The position numbers and the translations under genes were made by a program. Under the pieces are notes generated by a model. That model saw only the letters and a list, made by a program, of their open reading frames with translations. It made no database searches and was not told where the DNA came from. A stretch of 64,000 nucleotides of DNA from Nitrospirota bacterium (GTDB lineage: Bacteria; Nitrospirota; Nitrospiria; 2-01-FULL-66-17), in NCBI GenBank assembly GCA_049325295.1, contig JBMOMD010000021.1, forward strand, positions 87,560-151,559, given 5' to 3'. This document shows positions 36,444 to 44,908 of this stretch, one piece after another (within the stretch, counting starts at the first letter, position 1; every line of letters starts with the position of its first letter).

Positions 36444-37256
36444 TTGGAGACCACCCGGGCGCCGTGCTATGATCGCGCCGTGCGCGACCAACCCCTTACA
36501 GCCCTCGGTAATCAGGCGTTTCTCCGCGGAGACCTCGCCGCGGCGTTGGGATTTTACCAACGCGCGGTGGACGCGCAACGTAGCGCCGGGTCCGATCGCG
36601 AGTTGGCGGTGGCGCTGGGCAACGTGGCGAACGTCTACGCGTCGATGGGCCGACTCGACGAGGCCGCGGCCCTCTATCGGCAGGTACTGGACATCGAGCG
36701 CCGGCTGGGCGATGAACGCCAGATCGCGCTCACCTTGCTGCACCTGGGCAACGTGGCCGCGGACGCCTTGGACGCGGCGCGCGCTCGCGCGTATTACCTC
36801 GAGGCCCAGGATCTCCTGGAGCGTCTCGGGGAGACCGGACCCCTGGGGGTGCTGCACCAGAACATGGGCCTGCTCGCGCGGGAACTCGGCGAGTACGCGG
36901 CCGCGGTCGCCTCGTTCGAGGCCGCGCTGGTCTTGATACGCCGCGCCGATGATCGGCGCGGCGTGGGCGCGGTCTACGCCAACCTGGCGCGGACGTACCA
37001 AATGATGGGGCGTTTGGACGACGCGCACGCGTGCGGCGTGACCGCGTTGGCCATGGCGGGGCGGTCCGGGGACGAACTGGCGGCCGCCACCGCGCGGTAC
37101 CACTTGGCCGGCATTTGCGAAGCGCGGGGCGATCGCCCCGCGGCCGTCTCACATCTGCGGGTGGTCGTCGACATTGACCGGCGATACAACCTGCCCAAGT
37201 ACGAGGAGAATCGGGCGCGCCTGGCCGCGCTCGAGGACAAGGAGACGTCGACATGA
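36444..37256 (+). CDS. Tetratricopeptide-repeat protein
   Basis: Five or six TPR-like units ('LGNVANVYASMGRLDEAAALYRQVLDI..'). TTG start is uncertain (GTG at 36480 is an alternative). Confidence 0.7.
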   Translation: METTRAPCYDRAVRDQPLTALGNQAFLRGDLAAALGFYQRAVDAQRSAGSDRELAVALGNVANVYASMGRLDEAAALYRQVLDIERRLGDERQIALTLLHLGNVAADALDAARARAYYLEAQDLLERLGETGPLGVLHQNMGLLARELGEYAAAVASFEAALVLIRRADDRRGVGAVYANLARTYQMMGRLDDAHACGVTALAMAGRSGDELAAATARYHLAGICEARGDRPAAVSHLRVVVDIDRRYNLPKYEENRARLAALEDKETST

Positions 37257-37675
37257 GCACCCAGACCGCCGTGATGGAATCCGTGAAAACGTGGCTGGCT
37301 TCCAAGGGGATCGCGTCCGAACTCGACGAAGACGGTCGGTTGAGTTTTGAGGCGGCGCGCGGCGAGTGCTTGGTGGAGGTGGACCCGGCCGGCGTGGTGC
37401 GGTGTCAGTTCGGCATCGATTTGGAGGAACTGCGCGACCTGATCGCGGGCTCAGCCACCGAGGATCTGGGCGAGGATGAGCTGGTTCGCGCGGCGCGTTT
37501 TCATCTCCAGACTCTGGCCAAACCCTACGCCGCGCGTCTGGCCGACGGACAATTCACGGAGGAATACGAAGTGACCCCGGCGTACGCGGTGATCGGCTAC
37601 GTCCACCCGGTGGATCTGTCCAGTCCGGACACCGTGTTGCCGGTGATCGAGCGGTCGCTGGAGATCCTGCGGTAA
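37253..37675 (+). CDS. Hypothetical protein (140 aa), possibly YbjN/T3SS-chaperone-like fold
   Basis: ATGA overlap with the TPR gene and TAATG overlap with thrB. It is acidic. The fold assignment is only an impression. Confidence 0.5.
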   Translation: MSTQTAVMESVKTWLASKGIASELDEDGRLSFEAARGECLVEVDPAGVVRCQFGIDLEELRDLIAGSATEDLGEDELVRAARFHLQTLAKPYAARLADGQFTEEYEVTPAYAVIGYVHPVDLSSPDTVLPVIERSLEILR

Positions 37676-38610
37676 TGAATGCGCCGCGCGATACCGTCAC
37701 TGTCTTTGCCCCGGCTTCGACCGGCAACATCGGCCCCGGGTTTGACGTGTTGGGCATGGCGCTGGCGGGATTGGGCGACACCGTACACGCCCGGCGCATC
37801 CCCGAGTGCAAGGTGGTGATCCGCGAAATCCGCGGCGACAACGGCAAACTCCCCACCAACGCGCGCAAGAACACCGCGGGCATTGCCGCGGCCAAAGTCC
37901 TCAAGCTGCTCAAAGCCGACGCGGGCGTCGAACTGATCCTGGAAAAGAACATCCCCGGCAACGGCCTCGGCAGCAGCGCGGCGAGCGCGATCGCGGGCGG
38001 GTTCGCCGTGAACGCGTTGTTCGGCTCGCCCTTGTCGAAATCGGACCTCTTATTGCCCTGCGCCGCAGCCGAGGCCTCGGTGAGCGGCGGGTACTTCCTG
38101 GACAACGCCGCGGCCTCATTGTTCGGCGGGGTCAATGTGACTAACCCCGAGACGCGCGAAGTCATTTCCCTGGGCGGGCTGGCGGGCGCCATCATCGTGG
38201 TGGCCACCCCGCGCTATCAGTTGCTGACCGCGCGCTCGCGCAAGGTGGTGCCCAAACGCGTGCCCCTGGCCGCGATGATCGCGAACTGCTCGCGCGCCTG
38301 CGCCATTGTCGCGGCCGTGGCCAAACAAGACGTCGAGATCTTCGGCCGCTCGATCGTGGACGTGGTCGTCGAACCCGCACGCGCCCCGCTGATCCCCGGA
38401 TTCGCCGCCGTGAAACGCGCCGCGCTCAAAGCCGGCGCGCTGGGCTGCTCGATCTCCGGCGCCGGATCATCCGTGTTCGCGGTGACCACGGATCGTGAAA
38501 CCGGCCGTCAGATCGGCGACGCTATGCAGAAGGCGTTTACCCGCTCCCGACTTGAGAGTGTGATTACCGTGACCACGATTGATCCGGACGGGACACGGGT
38601 CATCCAGTAA
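37675..38610 (+). CDS. thrB: Homoserine kinase (GHMP family)
   Basis: 'VFAPASTGNIGPGFDVLG' and the GHMP motif 'PGNGLGSSAASAIAG'. Confidence 0.85.
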   Translation: MNAPRDTVTVFAPASTGNIGPGFDVLGMALAGLGDTVHARRIPECKVVIREIRGDNGKLPTNARKNTAGIAAAKVLKLLKADAGVELILEKNIPGNGLGSSAASAIAGGFAVNALFGSPLSKSDLLLPCAAAEASVSGGYFLDNAAASLFGGVNVTNPETREVISLGGLAGAIIVVATPRYQLLTARSRKVVPKRVPLAAMIANCSRACAIVAAVAKQDVEIFGRSIVDVVVEPARAPLIPGFAAVKRAALKAGALGCSISGAGSSVFAVTTDRETGRQIGDAMQKAFTRSRLESVITVTTIDPDGTRVIQ

Positions 38611-38631
38611 GCTGTTTGGCATTCATTCGCC

Positions 38632-38937
38632 ATGGACGAATCGACTTTTTGGAACGAAGTGAGGCGCTGGAAAAAGTGGTTCTTCTTATGGTGGATATCT
38701 TCGCCATTTGTGGGGCTCACAGCAGTGATCATGTATTCGTTCCTCATCGGTACTGAAGCCCCATTCGGGTTGATCGTCGGTATATTAATCTTATGGTTTG
38801 TTGTTTGGCTCCGTATCCTAAGCCGCTTACGGTCATTGCTCTGTCCGGCATGCACGCAGCCCGCAATTCAACATCCTCTTTTCTTTATGAGGCATGCCAA
38901 GTGTCAGCACTGTGGATTATCATTCCACGATGCCTAA
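38632..38937 (+). CDS. Small membrane protein (2 TM) with a C-terminal zinc-ribbon-like CxxC..CxxC
   Basis: 'CPACTQ' and 'CQHCGL'. Two hydrophobic segments. The gene is ~45% GC in a ~65% GC genome. Confidence 0.45.
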   Translation: MDESTFWNEVRRWKKWFFLWWISSPFVGLTAVIMYSFLIGTEAPFGLIVGILILWFVVWLRILSRLRSLLCPACTQPAIQHPLFFMRHAKCQHCGLSFHDA

Positions 38938-38955
38938 CACTGCTGAAGGGAATAG

Positions 38956-39048
38956 GGGACGTTCCTAAGTAATTAAGTTATTTGCCTTGAGTTGCCTGGT
39001 CAGGAAGTAATGATTGGTGAAAGTTACTTAAGTACTTAGGAACGTCCC
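38956..39048. repeat. Long AT-rich inverted repeat (16-nt perfect arms, extendable to ~26 nt imperfect)
   Basis: GGGACGTTCCTAAGTA (38956-38971) and TACTTAGGAACGTCCC (39033-39048). The inner flanks ATTAAGTTAT / GTTACTTAAG are partly complementary. Confidence 0.6.
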
Positions 39049-39070
39049 TACGGTCTCTGTGGTCTGCTCC

Positions 39071-39207
39071 TCGCCCTCCCCCCTTGCGGGGGAGGGATGG
39101 GGTGGGGGGATTTATATGGGCGTCGGATGCTGGGATGCGGATGGCCACTCGTCCCCCCATCCCTTCGTCCCCCCATCCCTGCCTTCCCCCGCAAGGGGGG
39201 AAGGGGT
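39071..39207. repeat. G/C-rich REP-like element: two inverted hairpins flanking a ~85-nt core
   Basis: CCCTCCCCCC-ttgc-GGGGGAGGG (39074-39096) and CCTTCCCC..GGGGGGAAGG (39182-39204) are reverse complements of each other. A direct repeat GTCCCCCCATCCCT x2 lies inside. Confidence 0.6.
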
Positions 39208-39235
39208 GACCGGTGCGAGTGGACGCACACGACGT

Positions 39236-40582
39236 CTACCTGATCGATCCCTCCGCGATCAACTCCGCGCAGCGATACCCGCTCTGAACCGCGCCTTCGA
39301 TCGACCCGGGCAATCCCGTTCGCGTCCAGTCGCCCGCCAACATGAGATTCTGAATCGGGGTGCGGTGGTCGGGGCGAGAACGGTCGCTGCCCACGCGCGG
39401 GGAGAAGGTGGCGTGCGGTTCCTTGATCAGGACGCGGTGGCGCAGTTTAGCGCGTTGCGCGGCGGGGAAACGTTCGCCGAGTTCGCGTAGGGCCAGGCCT
39501 ACCAGATCGTCGGTGGAGCGGGTCAAGTGCGCGTGCGCCGCGCTCATGACCAACGCGATGTGTCCGTCCGCGGAGGATTGGCCCAGCAACGCGCGGCGGT
39601 CGAACGCCCATTGCCACGTTGCGCCCTCCAGTCCCACGAACGGCTGATCCAACACCGGCCGGTCAAACCAGAGATACAACGACATGATGGGCGAAGAGAC
39701 CAACCCTTGCGAAGCCAAGAATTGGATGTGGCCGAGTTGTACCTCCGCGGGCAGGATTTCTTGAAGGTTCATGTACGGGACCGCGCACACCACCCACGAG
39801 GCAGGGAGCGCGGCGCCGTCGCTCACCACCACGTCGGTGACGCGGCCGCGCGCGACGCGCAACCCGGCCGCGGCTTGCCCGGTGAGCACGCGGCCGTTGC
39901 GGTGTTGGATGTACGCCTGCGCCGCGTCGGTGTAGAGCGGGCCGAGCCCGGTGCGCGGGATGCCGATGGCGGACCATGACGCGTGCTGAAAAAACGCGTT
40001 GGCCAACACCGCGGCGAACGGCGCGGCAGCGGCCTGCTCCGGCGTCTCGTTGAGCGCGGCGATGGCCAGGGGGTACCACAGGCGGTCGCGGATCGCGGCG
40101 GGTTGTTGGTGGCGGTCGAGCCACTCGGCCACGGTCAGGTCATCGGTATCGTCCGCGCCGCGTCGCCATAGGTGCCGGCCCAGATCGAGCCCCTTGCGTT
40201 TGGCCTCCCACGGCAGCCCGCTCGCCCGCAGCAGTCCCACCGCCATGTGCCACGGCGCGGGGAGCGACGCGGCGGTCAGTTGCGTGCGCGCGCCCCCGGC
40301 ACCGACCACCTCCAGCGAGAGCTTGGGTTGAAAGACGAGTTGATCGAGCGTGCCGATGGTGGCGAGGAAGCGGAGCGTGTCGCGATACGCGCGCAGGAAC
40401 ACGTGTTGCCCGTTGTCCACCACCTCGCCGGTGGTGGGATCAACGTACGAGGACGCGCGCCCGCCCAGGCGCGCCCGTTTTTCCAGCACCGTGACGCGAT
40501 ACCCGCGCTCGGCCAGGGCCACTCCCGCCGTGAGCCCCGCGAACCCCCCGCCGATAACGATGACGTCACGCTCGTTGGTCAT
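39236..40582 (-). CDS. FAD-dependent amine-oxidase/desaturase-family oxidoreductase, HpnE (hydroxysqualene dehydroxylase)-like
   Basis: 'VIVIGGGFAGLTAGVALAERGYRVTVLEKRARLGGRASS' and 'DNGQHVFLRAY..TLRFL'. Starts at 'MTNERDV' (ORF open to 40600). No hpnC/hpnD is adjacent. Confidence 0.6.
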   Translation of the reverse strand: MTNERDVIVIGGGFAGLTAGVALAERGYRVTVLEKRARLGGRASSYVDPTTGEVVDNGQHVFLRAYRDTLRFLATIGTLDQLVFQPKLSLEVVGAGGARTQLTAASLPAPWHMAVGLLRASGLPWEAKRKGLDLGRHLWRRGADDTDDLTVAEWLDRHQQPAAIRDRLWYPLAIAALNETPEQAAAAPFAAVLANAFFQHASWSAIGIPRTGLGPLYTDAAQAYIQHRNGRVLTGQAAAGLRVARGRVTDVVVSDGAALPASWVVCAVPYMNLQEILPAEVQLGHIQFLASQGLVSSPIMSLYLWFDRPVLDQPFVGLEGATWQWAFDRRALLGQSSADGHIALVMSAAHAHLTRSTDDLVGLALRELGERFPAAQRAKLRHRVLIKEPHATFSPRVGSDRSRPDHRTPIQNLMLAGDWTRTGLPGSIEGAVQSGYRCAELIAEGSIR

Positions 40583-40624
40583 ACGGCCCCGACTGCCCAA
40601 TGGCCCACTTGCGCCGTCATGGAA

Positions 40625-40725
40625 GGGGTCCCTTCTCCCTCGGGGAGAAGGCCAGGATGAGGGCGGCGTGGTCGGCGGAGTGTCCCCTCACCCCCGCCCT
40701 CTCCCAGGGGGAGAGGGCGAGAGAG
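40625..40725. repeat. G/C-rich REP-like element (same class as 39071-39207)
   Basis: CCTTCTCC-ctcg-GGGAGAAGG (40631-40651) and GCCCTCTCCC-aggg-GGAGAGGGC (40696-40718), in an inverted arrangement around ~45 nt. Confidence 0.6.
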
Positions 40726-40823
40726 CCGCGGCTGTCGCGTCCGAGGGCGATGCGCCCCGACGAACGCGTGCGGAGGATTTGCGGCGACCACGTCGTAGAC
40801 GGCGTCTGCTCGACGCCCAACAC

Positions 40824-41204
40824 TCAATGGCCGGAAGGGACGACGGTCGCTTCTTCCAAAATTAACGGATACGAGTAGCCCGCGCCAAAGTCCCGATTCA
40901 CCGTGACCAAACCGGTGACCGTGACCTGGTCGCCGACCTTCACCATTTCTTGCGTCGTCACGGTCAGGTCGTTGGCGGGCGCGTTCCCGCTGCCGTCCTG
41001 GAGGTGGAAGAAGTTTTTTCCCATGATGCCGTTGTTGACCTTCACCACCTTGCCGCTGATCTGGATATGCTGGCCGCTGAGCTTATCCTTCTGCGCGAAC
41101 AGGGTCTCGATGTTCTTCACCTTGGTGTCGCCGGCCATGGTCGGGGCCGCGGCGCCGACCATCCACGCGAGCAAGAATCCCACAGCACATACGGTACGCA
41201 TCAT
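40824..41204 (-). CDS. Small secreted protein, possibly periplasmic OB-fold (BOF/YgiW-like)
   Basis: Signal peptide 'MMRTVCAVGFLLAWMVGAAAPTMA'. Beta-rich mature part ('HIQISGKVVKV..FFHLQDGSG..VGDQVTVTGLV'). The remainder of ORF 40824..41867 was rejected. Confidence 0.5.
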   Translation of the reverse strand: MMRTVCAVGFLLAWMVGAAAPTMAGDTKVKNIETLFAQKDKLSGQHIQISGKVVKVNNGIMGKNFFHLQDGSGNAPANDLTVTTQEMVKVGDQVTVTGLVTVNRDFGAGYSYPLILEEATVVPSGH

Positions 41205-41269
41205 CGCGCTCTCCCCAGTGAAACGTGAGTCAGGCTGTCGTTGTAGCACAATTCGGAATCGAAAAACAG

Positions 41270-41908
41270 TTACGAGTTGGTGGGGGCGGGTTTGGCGGTG
41301 AGCCGCATGACCAGCACGTACAACGCACACAAGAGCAGGATCAACCCGACGAACCACCAGGCGCGGGTCTTGAGCACGGCGATCATCTGCTCCGGGTTGT
41401 CGAGGAGTTGGGGTTGGTCCCCGATCACGTGCGCGCCGAACCACGCGAGCACCGTGCACCAGAGCGCCGAGCCCGCGGTGGTCACCAACAGATACACGCC
41501 GACGGGCATGCGCACGATGCCGGCCGGAATGCCGATCAGATGGCGCACCACCGGCAGCAAACGCGCGAAAAACACCCCGCCGGCTTCGTAACGCGCCAGC
41601 CATCGCTCCGCGCGAACGAGTTTGGCCTCGGTGACGCCGACGTAGACGCCGAACCGGACGATGAGCGGACGACCCACCGCGCGCGACACCCAATACATGA
41701 GTCCGGCGCCGATGACGCTGCCCGCGGTGCCTGCGACCACCACGCCCCACAGGGTGTACCGGCCTTGCGCGGCCCAATACGCGGCCGGGGGAATGACGAG
41801 TTCGCTCGGGACCGGCAAGATGGTGCTCTCCATGGCCATGAGGAGGACGATGCCGAGGTACCCCCAATCATGGACCCAAGAGAACCAGATCGTGATGAGT
41901 TGATGCAT
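41270..41908 (-). CDS. DedA-family inner membrane protein
   Basis: 'YLGIVLLMAMESTILPVPSELVIPPAAY' and 'FFARLLPVVRHLIGIPAG' DedA/SNARE-associated motifs. Confidence 0.8.
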   Translation of the reverse strand: MHQLITIWFSWVHDWGYLGIVLLMAMESTILPVPSELVIPPAAYWAAQGRYTLWGVVVAGTAGSVIGAGLMYWVSRAVGRPLIVRFGVYVGVTEAKLVRAERWLARYEAGGVFFARLLPVVRHLIGIPAGIVRMPVGVYLLVTTAGSALWCTVLAWFGAHVIGDQPQLLDNPEQMIAVLKTRAWWFVGLILLLCALYVLVMRLTAKPAPTNS

Positions 41909-41956
41909 GGCGGAAGATCGTACCGGACCGGGTGGGACTTGTCTACGCCGACTCGG

Positions 41957-43135
41957 CTACGGCTCGTGGGCGTGCGGCGTCTCGTCGTGGTGAGGTTTGT
42001 CGGCGGGCGACGGGTCGGGGCCGGCCGACTCGTGTGTCGCGGCGTCATGCGGCGTCGCATTGGTCGGCATCGCGTCGTGCGGGGTTGCGGGCGCGTCGTT
42101 GCCGGTCCCATGCTCGTGATGATGCAATTGCGGTGGGGCCACGGCCGCGTACGCGGTCAGCCCGATCATGGCCACCACGACCGTCCCCGCGACGGCGAGG
42201 ACGACCTTTCGGCGCGCGGGGTGTCGCTCGGCGCCGCGATCCACCAGCGGCAGTACGGCCAAGGCCAGGAAAAGCGCGCCCAGGGCGTGAAACATCGTGT
42301 CCATCTTCCCGGTGAGGTTTTCCAATCCGTACAGCCACAGAAACGGCCACGGCGGCTTCAGGCTCATTTCCTCGCCGGTCACCGGGTCGCCAAGCGGCGC
42401 GGGCACGATGGCGGCGAGCAACGCGACCGCTCCGAAGTAGACGCCGCCGAACAAGGCGATCGCTTTGACGTGTTCTCCCATGGTGCCGGTCATGCGGTCC
42501 TTGGGTACCGACTCGCGGGCCGAGTCTTCGCCGTACGGCAGGGGCGACAGGCTGTGCGCGTTGACCAGATAAAAATGCGCCGCCAGGAACGCGACGATCC
42601 CCAGCGGGAGGATCGAGACGTGCGAGGCATACAGTTTCACGTTGAGGGAGACCGCGTCGGTCGCCCCCAAGAAGGTTCCCAGCGGGCCGAGCCAGGTGAG
42701 CCCCGCCTCGTAGTGCTTCAAGGCGTCAAACGACTCCTGGTCCCACTTGAGCACGGTGCCGGAAAAGTACGACCCGAACACGCCCAGCCCCAGCAGCGCC
42801 AGACCCACGTACCACGTGACGAGCCGCGGGGCCTTGTACGCGCCCGAGAACACGATACGCGCCACGTGCAGGGCCAGCGCCACCACCACGGCCTGCGCGG
42901 TCCAATAGTGCAGCGCGCGAATCCAGGCTCCGCCTGGCACGCGTTCTCCCAACGCTTTCACGCTTTGATACGCGCGTTCGGGATTCGGATCGACGAACTG
43001 CGCGAGCAGAAACCCGCTGGCAAACAGCAGTAAAAAGCCGAGAAACGTGATGCCGCCCAACGCGTACGGCAACGTCTTGCCGTGCGCGGGGACCGGGTAG
43101 TCCAGACGGCTGATTTTGAGGTATCGTTCGATCAT
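41957..43135 (-). CDS. Cytochrome b (b6-like haem spacing) with a His-rich C-terminal tail
   Basis: Helix B 'HYWTAQAVVVALALH' (i, i+14) and helix D 'HVSILPLGIVAFLAAH' (i, i+15) haem-ligand pairs. The start at 'MIERYLK' is preferred because the ATG at 43192 lies only 7 nt from the tRNA 3' end. Confidence 0.75.
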   Translation of the reverse strand: MIERYLKISRLDYPVPAHGKTLPYALGGITFLGFLLLFASGFLLAQFVDPNPERAYQSVKALGERVPGGAWIRALHYWTAQAVVVALALHVARIVFSGAYKAPRLVTWYVGLALLGLGVFGSYFSGTVLKWDQESFDALKHYEAGLTWLGPLGTFLGATDAVSLNVKLYASHVSILPLGIVAFLAAHFYLVNAHSLSPLPYGEDSARESVPKDRMTGTMGEHVKAIALFGGVYFGAVALLAAIVPAPLGDPVTGEEMSLKPPWPFLWLYGLENLTGKMDTMFHALGALFLALAVLPLVDRGAERHPARRKVVLAVAGTVVVAMIGLTAYAAVAPPQLHHHEHGTGNDAPATPHDAMPTNATPHDAATHESAGPDPSPADKPHHDETPHAHEP

Positions 43136-43199
43136 CCCGTCCGGACGATCGGGCGGTCGTGATGACGGGATGCGTGCGGCGCGTTGAGCCATGAGCGGG

Positions 43200-43273
<74 letters not shown>

Positions 43274-43348
43274 ATACCCGTGGGCCGCGCACGCAATCGG
43301 GCGGCCGGACGCGATCGGCGCTGACTCTACGGAAAACCCGGTGGGGTG

Positions 43349-44821
43349 TCAAGACGGCGACGTGAAGCGGCCGGACTCGATCGCGCGGATGGTTTCGTCG
43401 ATGCGGGCCAGGGCTTCGGGCTTGTCGAGCAGACGCAATACGTCGTAAATGCCAGGGCTCACGGTCTTGCCGGTGAGCGCCACGCGCAAGGGTTGCGCGA
43501 GCGCGGCCATCTTCTGGCCGGTTTCCGCGATCAGCGCGGCGAACATGGCCTCGTGCGCGTCTTTCATAAACGCGGTGTGATCCAGCAGCACGTGAAAACG
43601 CTTCAAGAACGGCAGGGTCTCGGCGGTCAGATATTTGGTTGCCGCGGCCGGATCGAACTCGCGACGGCCCGGCAGGTACATCACGGCCGCGTCCACGATG
43701 TCCAGCAGGGTTTTGCTGCGTTCGCGGTGCGCGAGCAGCACCTCCTCGATGCGCGCGCCGGGGATCCGCAGGTCGGGGTGGCGCGCTTTGAGCAACGTTT
43801 CAACGTGTGGCACGACGGTCTTGGGCTCCGCGGTTTTGATGTACGTGGCGTTGAGCCACAGGAGTTTCTCCATGTTGAAGACCGCGGCGGAACTGGTGAT
43901 ATGGTCCAGGGTGAAGTTCCGGACCATTTCCTCGCGGGTGAAAATTTCTTGATCCCCGTGCGACCAACCCAACCGCGCGAGGTAATTGATCAGCGCCTCG
44001 GGCAGATATCCCATCTCGCGATACGTTTGGACCGAGGTGGCGCCGTGGCGCTTGGATAAGCGCGCCTTGTCCGCTCCCAGGATCATCGAGAGATGGGCGA
44101 AGCGCGGGATCGGGTACTTGAACGCCTTGTAGAGTTGGATCTGCCGCGGGGTATTGTTCAAGTGGTCGTCGCCGCGGATCACGTGCGTGATCGCCATGTC
44201 CACATCGTCCACCACCACGCAAAAGTTGTAGGTGGGCGTGCCGTCGGACCGCAGGATGATGAGGTCGTCGAGCTGCTTGTTCTCGAACAGGACGCGACCC
44301 TTGACCAGGTCGTCCACCACGGTCTCGCCCTCGTGCGGCGTTTTGAACCGCAGCGCGGATGGCCGGCTCGGATCGTGTTCGGTCAATGCGCGGCAACGGC
44401 CGTCGTACTTGGGCACCTCGCCTTTGGCGAGCGCGGCCTGGCGCCGGGCCTCCAGCTCGTCGGCCGTGCAGTAACAGCGATACGCCAGACTTTGATTGAA
44501 CAGGTCCCAGGCCTTGGCTTGATAGAGCGCGAGGCGTTCGGTCTGCCGAACCGGGGGGCCGGGCGCGTTCTCCCACTGGTCCCAGTCCAAGCCCAACCAG
44601 GTCATGCCGTCCAAAATGGCGGCAATGGCCTCCTTGGTGGAACGGGTGCGGTCGGTGTCCTCGATGCGCAGAAAAAACTTCCCGCCGTGATGCCGCGCGA
44701 ACAGCCAGTTGAACAAGGCGGTGCGCGCCCCGCCCACGTGTAGATACCCGGTCGGGCTGGGCGCAAACCGCACGCGAACCTTGGGATCGCGCGCGTCGGA
44801 CGACGAATCGGACGATGACAT
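43349..44821 (-). CDS. gltX: Glutamyl-tRNA synthetase
   Basis: 'VRVRFAPSPTGYLHVGGARTALFNWLFAR', 'RIEDTD' and 'RLSKRHG' (KMSKS-equivalent). Confidence 0.9.
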   Translation of the reverse strand: MSSSDSSSDARDPKVRVRFAPSPTGYLHVGGARTALFNWLFARHHGGKFFLRIEDTDRTRSTKEAIAAILDGMTWLGLDWDQWENAPGPPVRQTERLALYQAKAWDLFNQSLAYRCYCTADELEARRQAALAKGEVPKYDGRCRALTEHDPSRPSALRFKTPHEGETVVDDLVKGRVLFENKQLDDLIILRSDGTPTYNFCVVVDDVDMAITHVIRGDDHLNNTPRQIQLYKAFKYPIPRFAHLSMILGADKARLSKRHGATSVQTYREMGYLPEALINYLARLGWSHGDQEIFTREEMVRNFTLDHITSSAAVFNMEKLLWLNATYIKTAEPKTVVPHVETLLKARHPDLRIPGARIEEVLLAHRERSKTLLDIVDAAVMYLPGRREFDPAAATKYLTAETLPFLKRFHVLLDHTAFMKDAHEAMFAALIAETGQKMAALAQPLRVALTGKTVSPGIYDVLRLLDKPEALARIDETIRAIESGRFTSPS

Positions 44822-44908
44822 CGCGGCATTATGTCACGCGGCTGGCGCACGAGTAAATAGCGGGCGGTGGCCGACCGCCCTTGAGTCCTTCGTATCAAGA
44901 GGATTACA

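Noticed and set aside
39059-39230. A possible CRISPR array or G-quadruplex cluster, given the repeated G/C-rich units here and at 40620-40725.
   Set aside because: The units are palindromic hairpins in inverted pairs, not direct repeats with regular unique spacers. No cas genes are present. The layout fits REP/BIME-like elements.
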